From Actinomycetota bacterium (lineage in GTDB: Bacteria > Actinomycetota > Acidimicrobiia > Acidimicrobiales > Aldehydirespiratoraceae), in NCBI GenBank assembly GCA_029979265.1, contig JAPOHW010000014.1, positions 22,552 through 86,551 of the forward strand: a stretch of 64,000 nucleotides of DNA. Reading direction: 5' to 3'. The notes under the pieces were generated by a model, which saw only the letters and a program-made list of their open reading frames with translations, was not told the origin of the DNA and made no database searches. Position numbers and translations under genes: made by a program. Shown piece by piece: positions 10,756-20,926 of the stretch (the stretch's first letter is position 1; each line of letters starts with the position of its first letter).

Positions 10756-13700
10756 TTACGCCGAGGCGGTGGCGGCGCGGTGAGCCGGTGGCAGGTTGCC
10801 GAACCGATGCAGTGTGGTGCTGACCGCTTGCTCCCGGACGAAATGCAGGAGTTCGATTCGACCGACGGTGTTGACCCGGGCATCGGCGAGATGCAGGTTT
10901 GCTTCGAGTGCGGCGGCGCGAAGCGCTGGTCCGATCGGTGTGCCAACGACTCGAATCCTTCCGACATCGAGCGAGTCGAGGCGTTGGGCGAGTGTCTCCT
11001 CGGGCTCGGATGCGGCGTCGCTCTCCACGAGTTCCACACCGGCTGTCGTGGCAGCGTGGCGAACCAGGTGCAGGTCGCGAGCATCGGCGTCCGGGCCGTG
11101 GCGCAGGAGGACGCGTCGGAGTCTGCGGTAACGGAACACGTTGCGTTCGCACAAGAGGGAGGTCGGGTCGTGTTCGGGCACGAAATGCTCTCCCCAGACC
11201 TGTTCGAAGTCATCAGCCTCGAGGTCGGTCGGCGACCAGGTTCCGAGCTGGGCGATGTAGTTCGGCCCACCCGCCTTCGCTCCCGGTCCGACCGTCGATC
11301 GTTTCCATCCGCCGAAGGGCTGACGCTGGACGATTGCGCCGGTGATGGGACGGTTCACATAGGCGTTGCCGACCTCGACCGTCTCGGTCCACCGCTCGAT
11401 CTCGGTCGGGTCGAGGGAGTGCAGGCCGCCGGTCAGGCCGAAGGCGGTGTCGTTCTGGAGCCGGATGGCGTGCTCGAGATCGGTGGCCTGCATGAGGCCG
11501 AGCACCGGCCCGAAGCACTCCGTTCGGTGAAACCATGAACCTGGCTCGACGCCGACTCGAATACCCGGAGACCAGAGATTCGTTTTGTGATCGACGAGAG
11601 TCGGTTCGACCAGCCAGGTCTCACCTGGCTGGAGTTGGTCGAACGCACGTTGCAGCCGCTCGTTCGGCGCCCCGATCAGGGGGCCAAGAACGGTGCCGGG
11701 TTCATCGGCACTCCCGACTCGCAATGACCTGACGGCGTCGGACAGTTGCCGACGAAATCGCGGAGAGGTGAAGACCGAACCCACGAGGATCGCCAGACTC
11801 GCAGCCGAGCACTTCTGCCCGGCATGCCCGAAGGCGGAGCGAACCAGGTCGGCCACAGCGAGATCGATGTCGGCATTCGGGGTGATGACGAGTGCGTTCT
11901 TGCCCGAGGTCTCGGCGAACAGGCGCATCGCCGGATCCCAGCTCCTGAAGAGGTCGGCGGTCTCCGTCGACCCGGTGAGGATCACTGCGTCGGCTGTCTC
12001 GACCACTCGACGACCGGCTTCGTCGTCGGCGGTTCGCACAAAGGCGCACAGATCCGGTGGGACACCGGCCGCGATGATGGCGTCGTGCACGATCGATGCA
12101 CAGCGGACGGTTTCCGGTGCCGGTTTGAACAGCACTGCGTTGCCCGCCGCCAATGCGGCGAGCACGCCTCCGGCGGGTATCGCCACGGGAAAGTTCCACG
12201 GGGGCACCACCGCCACGAGACCGTGGGGAGTGAACCGTGCTCGTGGGTGGTCGAGCTCGTCGATTCGCTCTGCGTAGTAGCGAGCGAAGTCGATGGCCTC
12301 ACAGATTTCGACGTCGGCTTCGGCGAAGGTCTTTCCGGCTTCGTCGGCCATCGTTCGCAGGAGGAGATCGCGCCGGGTGTCCAGTTCGTCACCGATGCGA
12401 TGGAGCACCCGTGTTCGATCACGGGCCGGGACGTCACGCCACCGCAGCTGGGCCTGCCGAGCGCACTTCGCCGCTGCGTCGATCTCGCGCGGGTCGGTGA
12501 TAGAGGGGCTTTTGATCCGGGCAGGCTCGAGGGCGCGGACGGTTCGCAACCACTCCCGGTTCGACGGCAGACTCGGATCGGTTTCTGCATCGTTTCGGAA
12601 CGGCTGGCCGGGCTCGAAGGCCCTGGTCGAGCCTCGGGCTCGAGTCTGCTCGCGTCGTGGGCCCACCGAGGGTGCCGTCCGATGTGTGACCGATGCTCGG
12701 AATCGCGCCGCTTCGCTCTCGAAGACGGCGGACCCACGCTGCAGATCGAAGAGCGCCCGAAGAAAGTTGTCCGGTGCTGCATTCTCGTCGAGGCGTCGGA
12801 AGAGGTACCCGACTGCGACGTCGAAGTCGGCCGGGCCGACCGCCGGCGTGTAGAGGAGCGGCCGAAGGTCGTCGGGGAGCGTCGCCTTGACCGCTGCGGC
12901 TTGGCCCTCTGCCATTCCCTGCAGCATCTCGACCTGAACCCGGTCGCCGACCCCCCGATCCTGGGCGAGAAGCAGCGTCCAGGCGACATGGAAGAGATTG
13001 TGGCTTGCGAGCCCGATGCGAAGGCCGCGCAGTCGTGCGGGGTCGAGCACCCAGTCGAGGCAGCGGACGTAGTTGGCGTCGGTGTCGGCCTTCGTCGTGT
13101 AGGGCGCTTGTTCCCACCCGTGGATGGCCGCATCGACCTGTTCCATTGCAAGATTCGCACCCTTCACCAACCGCACCTTGATGGGCGCGCCGCCAGCGCC
13201 GACTCGGTCGGCAGCCCAGCTGCTCAGGCGTTGCAGGGCCCCGAGCGCGTCGGGGAGATAGGCCTGGAGGACGATTCCGGCCTCGACGTCGCGCCGAGCC
13301 GGGTGGCCAAGCACCTGCTCGAAGGCTTCGAGCGTCAGTTCGAGGTCGTGGTATTCCTCCATGTCGACGTTGACGAACGTCGGCGGGTCGGCCATTCGCG
13401 CGTGGTCGACCAACTCGGCCAATCGCTCGCAGACTCGGTGCAGGCTTTCCTCCCATGCCCAGGGGTTGAGCTGGGCGACGACGCTCGAGAGCTTCACCGA
13501 CACGTAGTCCACGTCGGGCAAGGTGAGGAGATCGATCAGAGCGGCGTGGCGGCGGGAAGCCTCGTCGTCGCCGAGGACCGCCTCGCCGAGCAGGTTGACG
13601 TTCGATGCCCACCCTTCGGTGCGCTGTTCGTTCAGGTGTTTGCTGAGCTCGTCTGCATCGGCGGGGGCGATGAGGTGTCCCACAAGGGAGCGCATGCGGC

Positions 13701-14049
13701 GACGGGCGAGGGGAATGACGAGCCATGGGACGACGATCCCGAGGCGGGAGCCGGCTCGAAGCAGCAGCCGATCGAACGACGTAAGGAAACGGGGGAGGGG
13801 ACCGTTGTCGACGACGGCTCGGAGCTGTCGAGCGGCCACACGGCTGTCGTCGGGTCGTGCGACCCGATCGATGAAGTCCATGACGAAGCCGAGGCCGATG
13901 GGATCGGTGACCACGCCCTCGAGTCGCGACATCGTTGCGCGGGACCGATGGGTCTCTCGGGTAGTGGCATCGTCGAGCCAGCGTCCGACGAGCGCAATCG
14001 CCGGTTCGATCGCAGCGACTGCGTCGTCCTCGGCATCACCAATTGGCAT
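10756..14049 (-). CDS. putA: bifunctional proline dehydrogenase / L-glutamate gamma-semialdehyde dehydrogenase
   Basis: NLLGEAVLG, VDMEEY, VLQAYL, VRLVKGAN, YLFRRLDEN; ALDH motifs PPWNFP, ETSGKN, GQKCSA, ECFGP. Confidence 0.96.
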   Translation of the reverse strand: MPIGDAEDDAVAAIEPAIALVGRWLDDATTRETHRSRATMSRLEGVVTDPIGLGFVMDFIDRVARPDDSRVAARQLRAVVDNGPLPRFLTSFDRLLLRAGSRLGIVVPWLVIPLARRRMRSLVGHLIAPADADELSKHLNEQRTEGWASNVNLLGEAVLGDDEASRRHAALIDLLTLPDVDYVSVKLSSVVAQLNPWAWEESLHRVCERLAELVDHARMADPPTFVNVDMEEYHDLELTLEAFEQVLGHPARRDVEAGIVLQAYLPDALGALQRLSSWAADRVGAGGAPIKVRLVKGANLAMEQVDAAIHGWEQAPYTTKADTDANYVRCLDWVLDPARLRGLRIGLASHNLFHVAWTLLLAQDRGVGDRVQVEMLQGMAEGQAAAVKATLPDDLRPLLYTPAVGPADFDVAVGYLFRRLDENAAPDNFLRALFDLQRGSAVFESEAARFRASVTHRTAPSVGPRREQTRARGSTRAFEPGQPFRNDAETDPSLPSNREWLRTVRALEPARIKSPSITDPREIDAAAKCARQAQLRWRDVPARDRTRVLHRIGDELDTRRDLLLRTMADEAGKTFAEADVEICEAIDFARYYAERIDELDHPRARFTPHGLVAVVPPWNFPVAIPAGGVLAALAAGNAVLFKPAPETVRCASIVHDAIIAAGVPPDLCAFVRTADDEAGRRVVETADAVILTGSTETADLFRSWDPAMRLFAETSGKNALVITPNADIDLAVADLVRSAFGHAGQKCSAASLAILVGSVFTSPRFRRQLSDAVRSLRVGSADEPGTVLGPLIGAPNERLQRAFDQLQPGETWLVEPTLVDHKTNLWSPGIRVGVEPGSWFHRTECFGPVLGLMQATDLEHAIRLQNDTAFGLTGGLHSLDPTEIERWTETVEVGNAYVNRPITGAIVQRQPFGGWKRSTVGPGAKAGGPNYIAQLGTWSPTDLEADDFEQVWGEHFVPEHDPTSLLCERNVFRYRRLRRVLLRHGPDADARDLHLVRHAATTAGVELVESDAASEPEETLAQRLDSLDVGRIRVVGTPIGPALRAAALEANLHLADARVNTVGRIELLHFVREQAVSTTLHRFGNLPPAHRAATASA

Positions 14050-14085
14050 AACATCACCTTGCCTGGGCTGCCCGGCAGGTTCTTG

Positions 14086-14167
14086 TACGATCCGCCCACC
14101 GAAGGTGGACGTTTCGCACAATCGTGTGCTTATACGATCCGCCCATCGAAGGTGGACGTTTCGCACA
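14086..14167. repeat. two 35-bp direct repeats (47-bp period), each with internal dyad symmetry
   Basis: TACGATCCGCCCA(C/T)CGAAGGTGGACGTTTCGCACA at 14086-14120 and 14133-14167, 34/35 identical. Confidence 0.95.
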
Positions 14168-14173
14168 GTGTTG

Positions 14174-14932
14174 ATGAAGCCGAATGCCGACGACGGCATG
14201 TTCGCATGCCAGCCCGAACTGCTCGGGTTGCTCGAGACGCTGGTCAACGTCATCTTCTGCGCCAAAGACCGCAATGGGATCTACGTCGAGGTGAATTCGG
14301 CGTTCGTCCGCCGAACCGGCAAGTCGTCGAAGGCTGCGGTGATCGGCACGAATGCATCGGATCACTTCGCCCCCGAGTTGGTGGAGCGCTACGAGGAGCA
14401 GGATGCGCAGGTCTTCGGCAGCGGTGAGCCGCTCTACGACGAACTGGAGCTGATCCGACGACCCGACGGTCGCCTGGGTTGGTATCTCACCACCAAGCTT
14501 CCCGTTCGGGGCCCGGGTGACCAGGGGGAGGAGATCGTCGGGCTCGTGTCGGTCAGCCGTGATCTCGTTGCCCCACCCGACGACCGGATCGGACTCGATC
14601 AACTGCGCGATGTGGTGCGTCACATCCAGGAGCGCTTCGCCGAACCGATCCGGCTCGCCGATCTCGCGGTACTCGCCGACTGTTCCGAAGCACAGCTCGA
14701 GCGACGGATGAAGCGTGTGTTCGGTGTCACGGCGACCCAACACATCCTCCGTGTGCGTGTCGAGGCCGCCACCCGGCTCCTCACCGACACCGACCAGCCG
14801 ATCGCGCAGATCGCCACGAACTGCGGCTTCTACGACCAGCCGGACTTCACCCGCCGCTTCGCTCGGTTGACCGGAACGACCCCGGCACAGTTTCGAGCTC
14901 ACGCTTCGGTTGTCGAGACCGACCCCTCATAG
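14174..14932 (+). CDS. AraC-family transcriptional regulator with N-terminal PAS domain
   Basis: FCAKDRNG...VN, WYLTTKLP (PAS); IAQIATNCGFYDQPDFTRRF...TPAQFR (AraC HTH). Confidence 0.92.
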   Translation: MKPNADDGMFACQPELLGLLETLVNVIFCAKDRNGIYVEVNSAFVRRTGKSSKAAVIGTNASDHFAPELVERYEEQDAQVFGSGEPLYDELELIRRPDGRLGWYLTTKLPVRGPGDQGEEIVGLVSVSRDLVAPPDDRIGLDQLRDVVRHIQERFAEPIRLADLAVLADCSEAQLERRMKRVFGVTATQHILRVRVEAATRLLTDTDQPIAQIATNCGFYDQPDFTRRFARLTGTTPAQFRAHASVVETDPS

Positions 14933-14941
14933 ACTCGGCCC

Positions 14942-15619
14942 ATGCTCGAACCCGTGATGACCTCCGAGGGTGTCGCTGTCGTTCATCTTTTCTGCACCCG
15001 AACGGCCGACACCGACGACGAGCGCGTCATCGCTGCAGTCGAGGCTGCGGAGGCTGCAGAGGTACAGGTCGTCACCGTTGCGATTCTCGGTCACAAGGCG
15101 GAGCTGTGTTTCATGGCTCTGCACGCCGATTCCTGGAAACTCCGTGACCTCCAGACCGGGCTGACCAATGCGGGCCTCATCGTGGTCGACAGCTTCGTGT
15201 CGATCACCGAACTCTCCGAGTACGCGCAGGGGATTCCGGAGGAGATGCGGAACATGCGGCTCTATCCGGACCTGCCGCCGGACGGGAAGAACGCATGGTG
15301 CTTCTACCCGATGACCAAACGTCGACAGGCCGAACAGAACTGGTACCGGCTTCCCTATGACGAACGCAAGGCACTGATGTACGAGCATGGTGCGTCGGGC
15401 CGAAAGTTTGCCGGGCGGATCGTGCAGCTGATCACGGCCTCCACCGGTCTCGACGACTGGGAGTGGGGTGTGACGCTGTTCGGCGTCAAGCTCGATGACC
15501 TCAAAGACACCGTCTATACGATGCGCTACGACACCGCATCGGCGCTGTACGCAGACTTCGGGCCCTTCTACACGGGTATGACCGGGCCCGTCGCAGATGT
15601 GCTCGCTCGTACCCGCTGA
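14942..15619 (+). CDS. hemQ: coproheme decarboxylase (chlorite dismutase family, HemQ/ChdC)
   Basis: FYPMTKRR...NWY, EHG, STGLDDWEWGVTL; hemE-hemY elsewhere in window. Confidence 0.85.
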   Translation: MLEPVMTSEGVAVVHLFCTRTADTDDERVIAAVEAAEAAEVQVVTVAILGHKAELCFMALHADSWKLRDLQTGLTNAGLIVVDSFVSITELSEYAQGIPEEMRNMRLYPDLPPDGKNAWCFYPMTKRRQAEQNWYRLPYDERKALMYEHGASGRKFAGRIVQLITASTGLDDWEWGVTLFGVKLDDLKDTVYTMRYDTASALYADFGPFYTGMTGPVADVLARTR

Positions 15620-15730
15620 GCAGTCGACTGTGGCTCACCGCCGCCTCAGCGGGCTATAGTAGGGGACTTGACGGCTCTGCGGTGCCGTTCCATACACCGC
15701 GCAATGTTCCCAATGGAGGGGATTGAACCT

Positions 15731-17047
15731 ATGAAGCTTTCACGCAAGCTGATGATGCTGCTTGCCGTACTGCTCTCCTTCTCGATGGTTGCCGCTGCGT
15801 GCGGCGACGACGAGGACAGCAGTGCGGACGGTGGCGATGACATGGCCGATGACAGCGCCGATTACCTCGGCGATGGGTCCCTCGGAACTGTCATCGTCGA
15901 ACCAGGTGCTGCCATCCAAGTCCGTTCGTTGAACGCGATCTCGGGTGACGTGGCCTTCCTCGGAATTCCGAACGAGCGTGGCGTCGCTGCTGCGATCGCC
16001 GACTACGGTCAGATCAAGGGCTTCGACGTCGATCTCGGCGCCGGTCTCGACGACCTGTGCTCCGCCGACGGTGGCCAGGCCGCTGCTCAGCAGATCGTTG
16101 CCGACGAGCAGGTTGTCGGTGTTCTGGGTACCTCATGCTCGGGTGCTGCTACCGCTGCTGCTCCGCTGATCAGCGAGGCTGGCCTCGTCATGATCTCCGG
16201 CTCGAACACCTCGCCGGCGCTTACCTCGGACCTTGCTGGCACCGCTGGCGAGAACTACAGCGTGGGCTACTACCGCACCGCCCACAACGACCTGTACCAG
16301 GGCGCCGCAATGGCGAAGTTCGTGTACGAGGAACTCGGCATGACCACCGCAGCAGCCATCCACGATGGCGACCCCTACACCCAGGGTCTTGCCCAGGCCT
16401 TCTCCGACGCCTTCGAGGCGCTCGGCGGCACGATGACCGGCTTCACCGGTGTGAACAAGGAAGACACCGACATGGTGCCGGTCCTCACCGAGATCGCTGC
16501 TGGCTCACCCGAGGCACTGTTCTTCCCGATCTTCCAGCCGGCCGGTGACTTCGTCGCCGATCAGGCGCCTGGCGTCGCTGGTCTCGAGAACACCCAGCTC
16601 CTTGCCGCCGACGGCCTGTTGGTCACCGGCTTCTTCGAGCTCGAGCAGTCCGAGGGCATGTACTTCTCGGGTCCCGACGTCCGCTTCGGCGACAACCTGA
16701 ACGAGAGCACCGGCAAGACCGCTGCTCAGGTTCTGGCCGACTACGAGGCCGCTCACGGTGAGGCTCCGTCCGCTCCGTTCTGGGGTCACAGCTACGACTC
16801 GGCTGCGATGCTGCTCGATGCCATCGATGCGGCCAGCTACGTGGATGGTGACGGCAACCTCGTCATCGACCGCGCCGGCGTCCGCATGTACCTCGACAGC
16901 ATCTCGGGCTACAGCGGTGTCATCGGCACCATCAGCTGTGACGACTTTGGTGACTGCGGTTCGCAGAAGATCACGGTTGTCCTGCACACCGATTCCGGTG
17001 ATGTGGACATGGGCATGTCGAACGTCGTGTTCGACTACGCCCCGTAA
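15731..17047 (+). CDS. branched-chain amino-acid (HAAT) ABC substrate-binding lipoprotein
   Basis: GGAGG RBS, lipobox AAAC, DDLCS, GTSCSG, SNTSPALT, RTAHND, IHDGDPY. Confidence 0.9.
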   Translation: MKLSRKLMMLLAVLLSFSMVAAACGDDEDSSADGGDDMADDSADYLGDGSLGTVIVEPGAAIQVRSLNAISGDVAFLGIPNERGVAAAIADYGQIKGFDVDLGAGLDDLCSADGGQAAAQQIVADEQVVGVLGTSCSGAATAAAPLISEAGLVMISGSNTSPALTSDLAGTAGENYSVGYYRTAHNDLYQGAAMAKFVYEELGMTTAAAIHDGDPYTQGLAQAFSDAFEALGGTMTGFTGVNKEDTDMVPVLTEIAAGSPEALFFPIFQPAGDFVADQAPGVAGLENTQLLAADGLLVTGFFELEQSEGMYFSGPDVRFGDNLNESTGKTAAQVLADYEAAHGEAPSAPFWGHSYDSAAMLLDAIDAASYVDGDGNLVIDRAGVRMYLDSISGYSGVIGTISCDDFGDCGSQKITVVLHTDSGDVDMGMSNVVFDYAP

Positions 17048-17090
17048 GGCTTGATCCGCCGCTGATCACCTGATCAGCACTCGAATTCCG

Positions 17091-17127
17091 GAAACGGCCC
17101 TCGCTCCATGTGAGCGGGGGCCGTTTC
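17091..17127 (+). terminator. intercistronic stem-loop after the liv SBP gene
   Basis: GAAACGGCCCTCGCTC/GAGCGGGGGCCGTTTC 16-bp stem (one G-U pair). Confidence 0.65.
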
Positions 17128-17172
17128 GCGTTACGATGTCGCCGCCACACGGCTGGGTTGGAGGGGAAGCAA

Positions 17173-18297
17173 GTGACAGCAGCTGTTCGATCCAAGGCGG
17201 CGCCGCGCACCGGCGTCGACTGGTTCCTTACCTTCATGCGGGTGGGGCTGAGCTTTTTCTTCATCTCGGGCGTCATCATGTTCGTTCTGCAACAGATCGA
17301 TCCGCAGAACCCGATCGCCCAGGTGTTCAACCCAGACGCCACCGGCCTGACCGCTGACCAGTTCGAGGGTTTGATCATCTCCGGTCTTTCGCAGGGTGCC
17401 ATGTACGGCCTGATCGCCCTCGGATACTCGATGGTCTACGGCGTGCTCGGGTTCATCAACTTCGCCCATGGTGAGGTGTTCATGGTCGGCGCAATGACCG
17501 GCATGATCACGTCGAACAAGCTCGAGGAGGCCGGTCTGTGGGAAGACGCCTTCTTCGTGTCGCTGGTGTTCATCATCCTCGTTGCCATCGTCTGCTCGAC
17601 GGCCACTGCCGTGATCATGGAGCGGGTCGCGTATCGACCGCTGCGAGGGTCCCCACGGTTGATCCCGCTCATCACCTCGATCGGTGTGTCGTTCCTTATT
17701 CAGAACATCTCGATCGTCTTGCTCGGGCCGGGGGCCAAGGCCTATCCCTCCCTGCCGGACTGGCTGTCGCAGAAGCGAACGGTCCTCTTCCTCGAGGTCG
17801 AGGGCACCAAGCTGATGGTGATTCTCGTCGCAGCCATCTCTATGGCTGGCCTGTGGTACCTCGTCGAGCGCACCAAGACGGGACGAGCGATGCGAGCCGT
17901 GGCCGAGGACAAGGAAATCGCTTCGCTGATGGGCATCGACGTCAACCGCACGATCGTCACGACCTTCGCAGTGGGCGGTGCAATGGCTGGGGTGGCCGGC
18001 ATTCTGTGGGGCATCCTCTTCCGGTCGGTGATCCACACCACCGGGTTCCTGCCGGGCATCAAGGCGTTCAGCGCTGCGGTGGTTGGTGGTATCGGCAACC
18101 TGGGTGGCGCGATGGCCGGCGGCCTCACGCTCGGTTCGGCCGAATCGCTCGCACCGCTGATGGTGCTCGAACCGTGGGGCATCAACGGGGTGTCGCAGCT
18201 GCGGGACGCCGTCGCCTTCCTGGTGTTGATCTTTGTTCTGTTGGTGAGGCCCACCGGCTTGTTCGGTGAGCGTCTGTCTGCGGAGGACCGGGCATGA
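17173..18297 (+). CDS. livH: branched-chain amino-acid ABC permease LivH
   Basis: GAMYGLIALGYSMVYG, NFAHGE, GRAMRAVA, KAFSAAVVGGIG; GTG start after GGAGG. Confidence 0.92.
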   Translation: MTAAVRSKAAPRTGVDWFLTFMRVGLSFFFISGVIMFVLQQIDPQNPIAQVFNPDATGLTADQFEGLIISGLSQGAMYGLIALGYSMVYGVLGFINFAHGEVFMVGAMTGMITSNKLEEAGLWEDAFFVSLVFIILVAIVCSTATAVIMERVAYRPLRGSPRLIPLITSIGVSFLIQNISIVLLGPGAKAYPSLPDWLSQKRTVLFLEVEGTKLMVILVAAISMAGLWYLVERTKTGRAMRAVAEDKEIASLMGIDVNRTIVTTFAVGGAMAGVAGILWGILFRSVIHTTGFLPGIKAFSAAVVGGIGNLGGAMAGGLTLGSAESLAPLMVLEPWGINGVSQLRDAVAFLVLIFVLLVRPTGLFGERLSAEDRA

Positions 18298-20138
18298 GTG
18301 CACCCATGGCAACCAACGAGACCCTTCCGGCCCGCGCCGCGCTCGACCAGGAGTGGCGCAAGGTCGTCAACCACGGCTTGCTCCTGGCACTGGTGCTGGT
18401 CTTCGTGTCGCTGGCGAACATGCCGGTCAGTCTCGATTCCCGCATGATCATCGAGCCCATGCTGAGCATGGGCTACCTCTCGTTGCTCTGGATCCCCGTC
18501 GTGATGGGATTCATTGTTTCGTCGGAGAAGGTGCTGGAGGGCATCGCGTACCACGCCAAGGGGGCCCGTGAGGTCCTCGCCGGAGGGCTCGTCGGTCTGA
18601 TCGGCGGGCTCGGGTTGTCGTTGCTGGTCGTCCTGATCGACAACTTCGATCTCCGAGACCCACTCGTCAACTGGAGTCCCGCACTGCTCGACCTGCTGCA
18701 GTTCGGCAACGGCATCGGGTTCGGGGTGATCATCTGGCCCGTCCTCGGCTTCGGACTCGGCGTGTTCGGCGGCGCCTTGCACATCTTCACGGCAATGACC
18801 CGCACGATCGTCGGCTGGGTCCTCGGAGCCGTTCTCGGCATTGCGGTTTTCGAGACCGTGATCATCGACCTGCTCACCGAACGGCTTCCCTTCGAGTTCA
18901 TCACCGACTGGTTCTATTTCATCCGAGGGGGCCTCTCGCAACAGGGCGCGGTCACCGCAGCACTCATCGGTGGCGGTCTCGGGTACCTCCGAGTCCTCGC
19001 CCAGCGGGGGGTGGTGCCGACCCCAGTGCAGGACTACAAGCAGCTGGTCGGTCCGGAGCGCACCCGGGCCAACACGATCATCATCATCACCTGTGGCGTA
19101 GCCACGGCGATCCTGCCCCTGTTGCTCGGCCGGATCACCAACGAACTTCTTGCCAACGTGGGGCTGTTCGTGCTGTTGGCGCTCGGCCTGAACATCGTGG
19201 TGGGCCTCGCCGGCATTCTCGATCTCGGGTACGTGGCCTTCTTCGCTGTCGGCGGCTACGCCACTGCGATCCTCACCTCGCCCAATCGCGGTGACTCGTG
19301 GCCCGACTGGGTACCACAGAGTCATTGGTTCGCCGCCCTGATCGTGGTGATCCTGTTGGCCATTTTGACCGGCTTGTTCATCGGGGCCCCCGTCATCCGT
19401 ATGCGTGGTGACTATCTGGCGATCGTGACCCTCGGCTTCGGTGAGATCATTCGTCTGCTGTTCCTGTCGGATTGGCTCGGGGGGTACACCGGCGGTGCGC
19501 AGGGTGTCACGAACATCCCCGGGGTCGATCTCGGCTTCGTCGAGATCAAGGGCACTGACCCGCGGGCGATCTTCTACCTCGTGGCCGTGTTCTGCGCGAT
19601 TGCGATCTATGTCTCGTGGCGGCTCGAAAAGTCACGGCTCGGCCGAGCCTGGATGGCGATTCGCGAAGACGAGTCGGTTGCCGAAGCGATGGGCATCAAC
19701 ACGGTGAACGTGAAGCTGATGGCGTTCGTGGTCGGTGCGGTGCTGGCGTCGTTCTCTGGTGCCATCTTTGCGGCCAAGGTCGGTTCGATCTTCCCGACGT
19801 CGTTCATCATCTTGGTATCGATCGTGATCCTCGTGGTCGTCATCGTGGGCGGTATGGGCAACATCGTTGGTGTGATCGCCGGCGCCGCCGTGCTGATCGG
19901 CGTGCTCGGGGGTCCGAAACAACCCGGGCTGCTTGCGGAGTTCTCCGAGTTCAAGCTTCTGATCTACGGCGCGTTGCTGATCTTCATGATGCTCAAGCGG
20001 CCCGAAGGCCTCGTTCCGAACGTTCGCCGAACCCGAGAACTCCACCAGGAGGAGTTCTTGCAGGACGCGTGGCTTCGAAGTCAGGTCGATGCCGATGAAC
20101 AAGACGGAGCTCCGAGCGGGGAGGTGGCGCCCGCATGA
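18294..20138 (+). CDS. livM: branched-chain amino-acid ABC permease LivM with long N-terminal membrane extension
   Basis: LGLNIVVGLAGILDLGY, GDYLAIVTLGFGEI, GRAWMAIREDE. Confidence 0.9.
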   Translation: MSAPMATNETLPARAALDQEWRKVVNHGLLLALVLVFVSLANMPVSLDSRMIIEPMLSMGYLSLLWIPVVMGFIVSSEKVLEGIAYHAKGAREVLAGGLVGLIGGLGLSLLVVLIDNFDLRDPLVNWSPALLDLLQFGNGIGFGVIIWPVLGFGLGVFGGALHIFTAMTRTIVGWVLGAVLGIAVFETVIIDLLTERLPFEFITDWFYFIRGGLSQQGAVTAALIGGGLGYLRVLAQRGVVPTPVQDYKQLVGPERTRANTIIIITCGVATAILPLLLGRITNELLANVGLFVLLALGLNIVVGLAGILDLGYVAFFAVGGYATAILTSPNRGDSWPDWVPQSHWFAALIVVILLAILTGLFIGAPVIRMRGDYLAIVTLGFGEIIRLLFLSDWLGGYTGGAQGVTNIPGVDLGFVEIKGTDPRAIFYLVAVFCAIAIYVSWRLEKSRLGRAWMAIREDESVAEAMGINTVNVKLMAFVVGAVLASFSGAIFAAKVGSIFPTSFIILVSIVILVVVIVGGMGNIVGVIAGAAVLIGVLGGPKQPGLLAEFSEFKLLIYGALLIFMMLKRPEGLVPNVRRTRELHQEEFLQDAWLRSQVDADEQDGAPSGEVAPA

Positions 20139-20926
20139 GCGAACGGCTGCTCACCATCGACAATCTGAGCGTCACCTTCGGTGGCCTTCACGCCCTGAAG
20201 AACCTCGACTTTCATGTCGACAAGGGCGAGATCGTCTCGGTCATCGGGCCCAACGGCGCAGGCAAGACGACGTTCTTCAACATGATCTCCGGCATGGTCG
20301 AGCCGACCGAAGGTGACATCGTCTTCAAAGGCGAGTCGCTGATCGGACTCGACCCCAACCAGGTCACGGCTCGAGGGATCGCCCGGACCTTCCAGAACGT
20401 CCGGCTGTTCGCCAACATGACGATCCTCGAGAACGTCATGGTGGCGCAGCACTGTCGGACCAAGCAGGGCGTGTTCGGCGCCCTGTTCAACACCAGTGGA
20501 TTCAAGCAGGAAGAGGCCGAGATCCGCGAGTGGGGCGAAAAGGTGCTCGGCTTCTTCGGATCTCGACTCGTGGGGTACCGGCTCGACCAGCCTGCGTCGG
20601 TTCTCTCCTACGCCAATCGCCGCCGCCTCGAGGTTGCCCGAGCGATGGCCACCAAACCGGAGGTCATCCTGCTCGACGAGCCCGTTGCGGGCATGAACCC
20701 CAGGGAATCCGAGGAGCTCACCGGCTTGATCGGCCAGCTCCGTGACGAGTGGGGTTTCACGATCGTGATGATCGAACACGACATGGGCGTCGTGCGCGAC
20801 GTCTCCGATCGTGTTGTCGTGCTCGACCACGGCGAGACGATTGCCCAGGGGAGCTACGAGGACGTCTCGACCAACCCTGACGTGATCGAGGCCTACCTCG
20901 GTCGTCCTGCGGAGGAAGCATCATGA
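20135..20926 (+). CDS. livG: branched-chain amino-acid ABC ATP-binding protein LivG
   Basis: GPNGAGKTT, GIARTFQN, LLDEPVAG, IEHDM, VIEAYLG. Confidence 0.93.
   Translation: MSERLLTIDNLSVTFGGLHALKNLDFHVDKGEIVSVIGPNGAGKTTFFNMISGMVEPTEGDIVFKGESLIGLDPNQVTARGIARTFQNVRLFANMTILENVMVAQHCRTKQGVFGALFNTSGFKQEEAEIREWGEKVLGFFGSRLVGYRLDQPASVLSYANRRRLEVARAMATKPEVILLDEPVAGMNPRESEELTGLIGQLRDEWGFTIVMIEHDMGVVRDVSDRVVVLDHGETIAQGSYEDVSTNPDVIEAYLGRPAEEAS

Noticed and set aside
14086-14167. 35-bp repeats as a CRISPR array or guanidine-II riboswitch
   Set aside because: Only two units with a 12-bp gap, no cas genes, and loops are GAA rather than ACGR
14942-15619. True chlorite dismutase
   Set aside because: YPMxK/HemQ-type motifs and the presence of hemE-hemY point to coproheme decarboxylase
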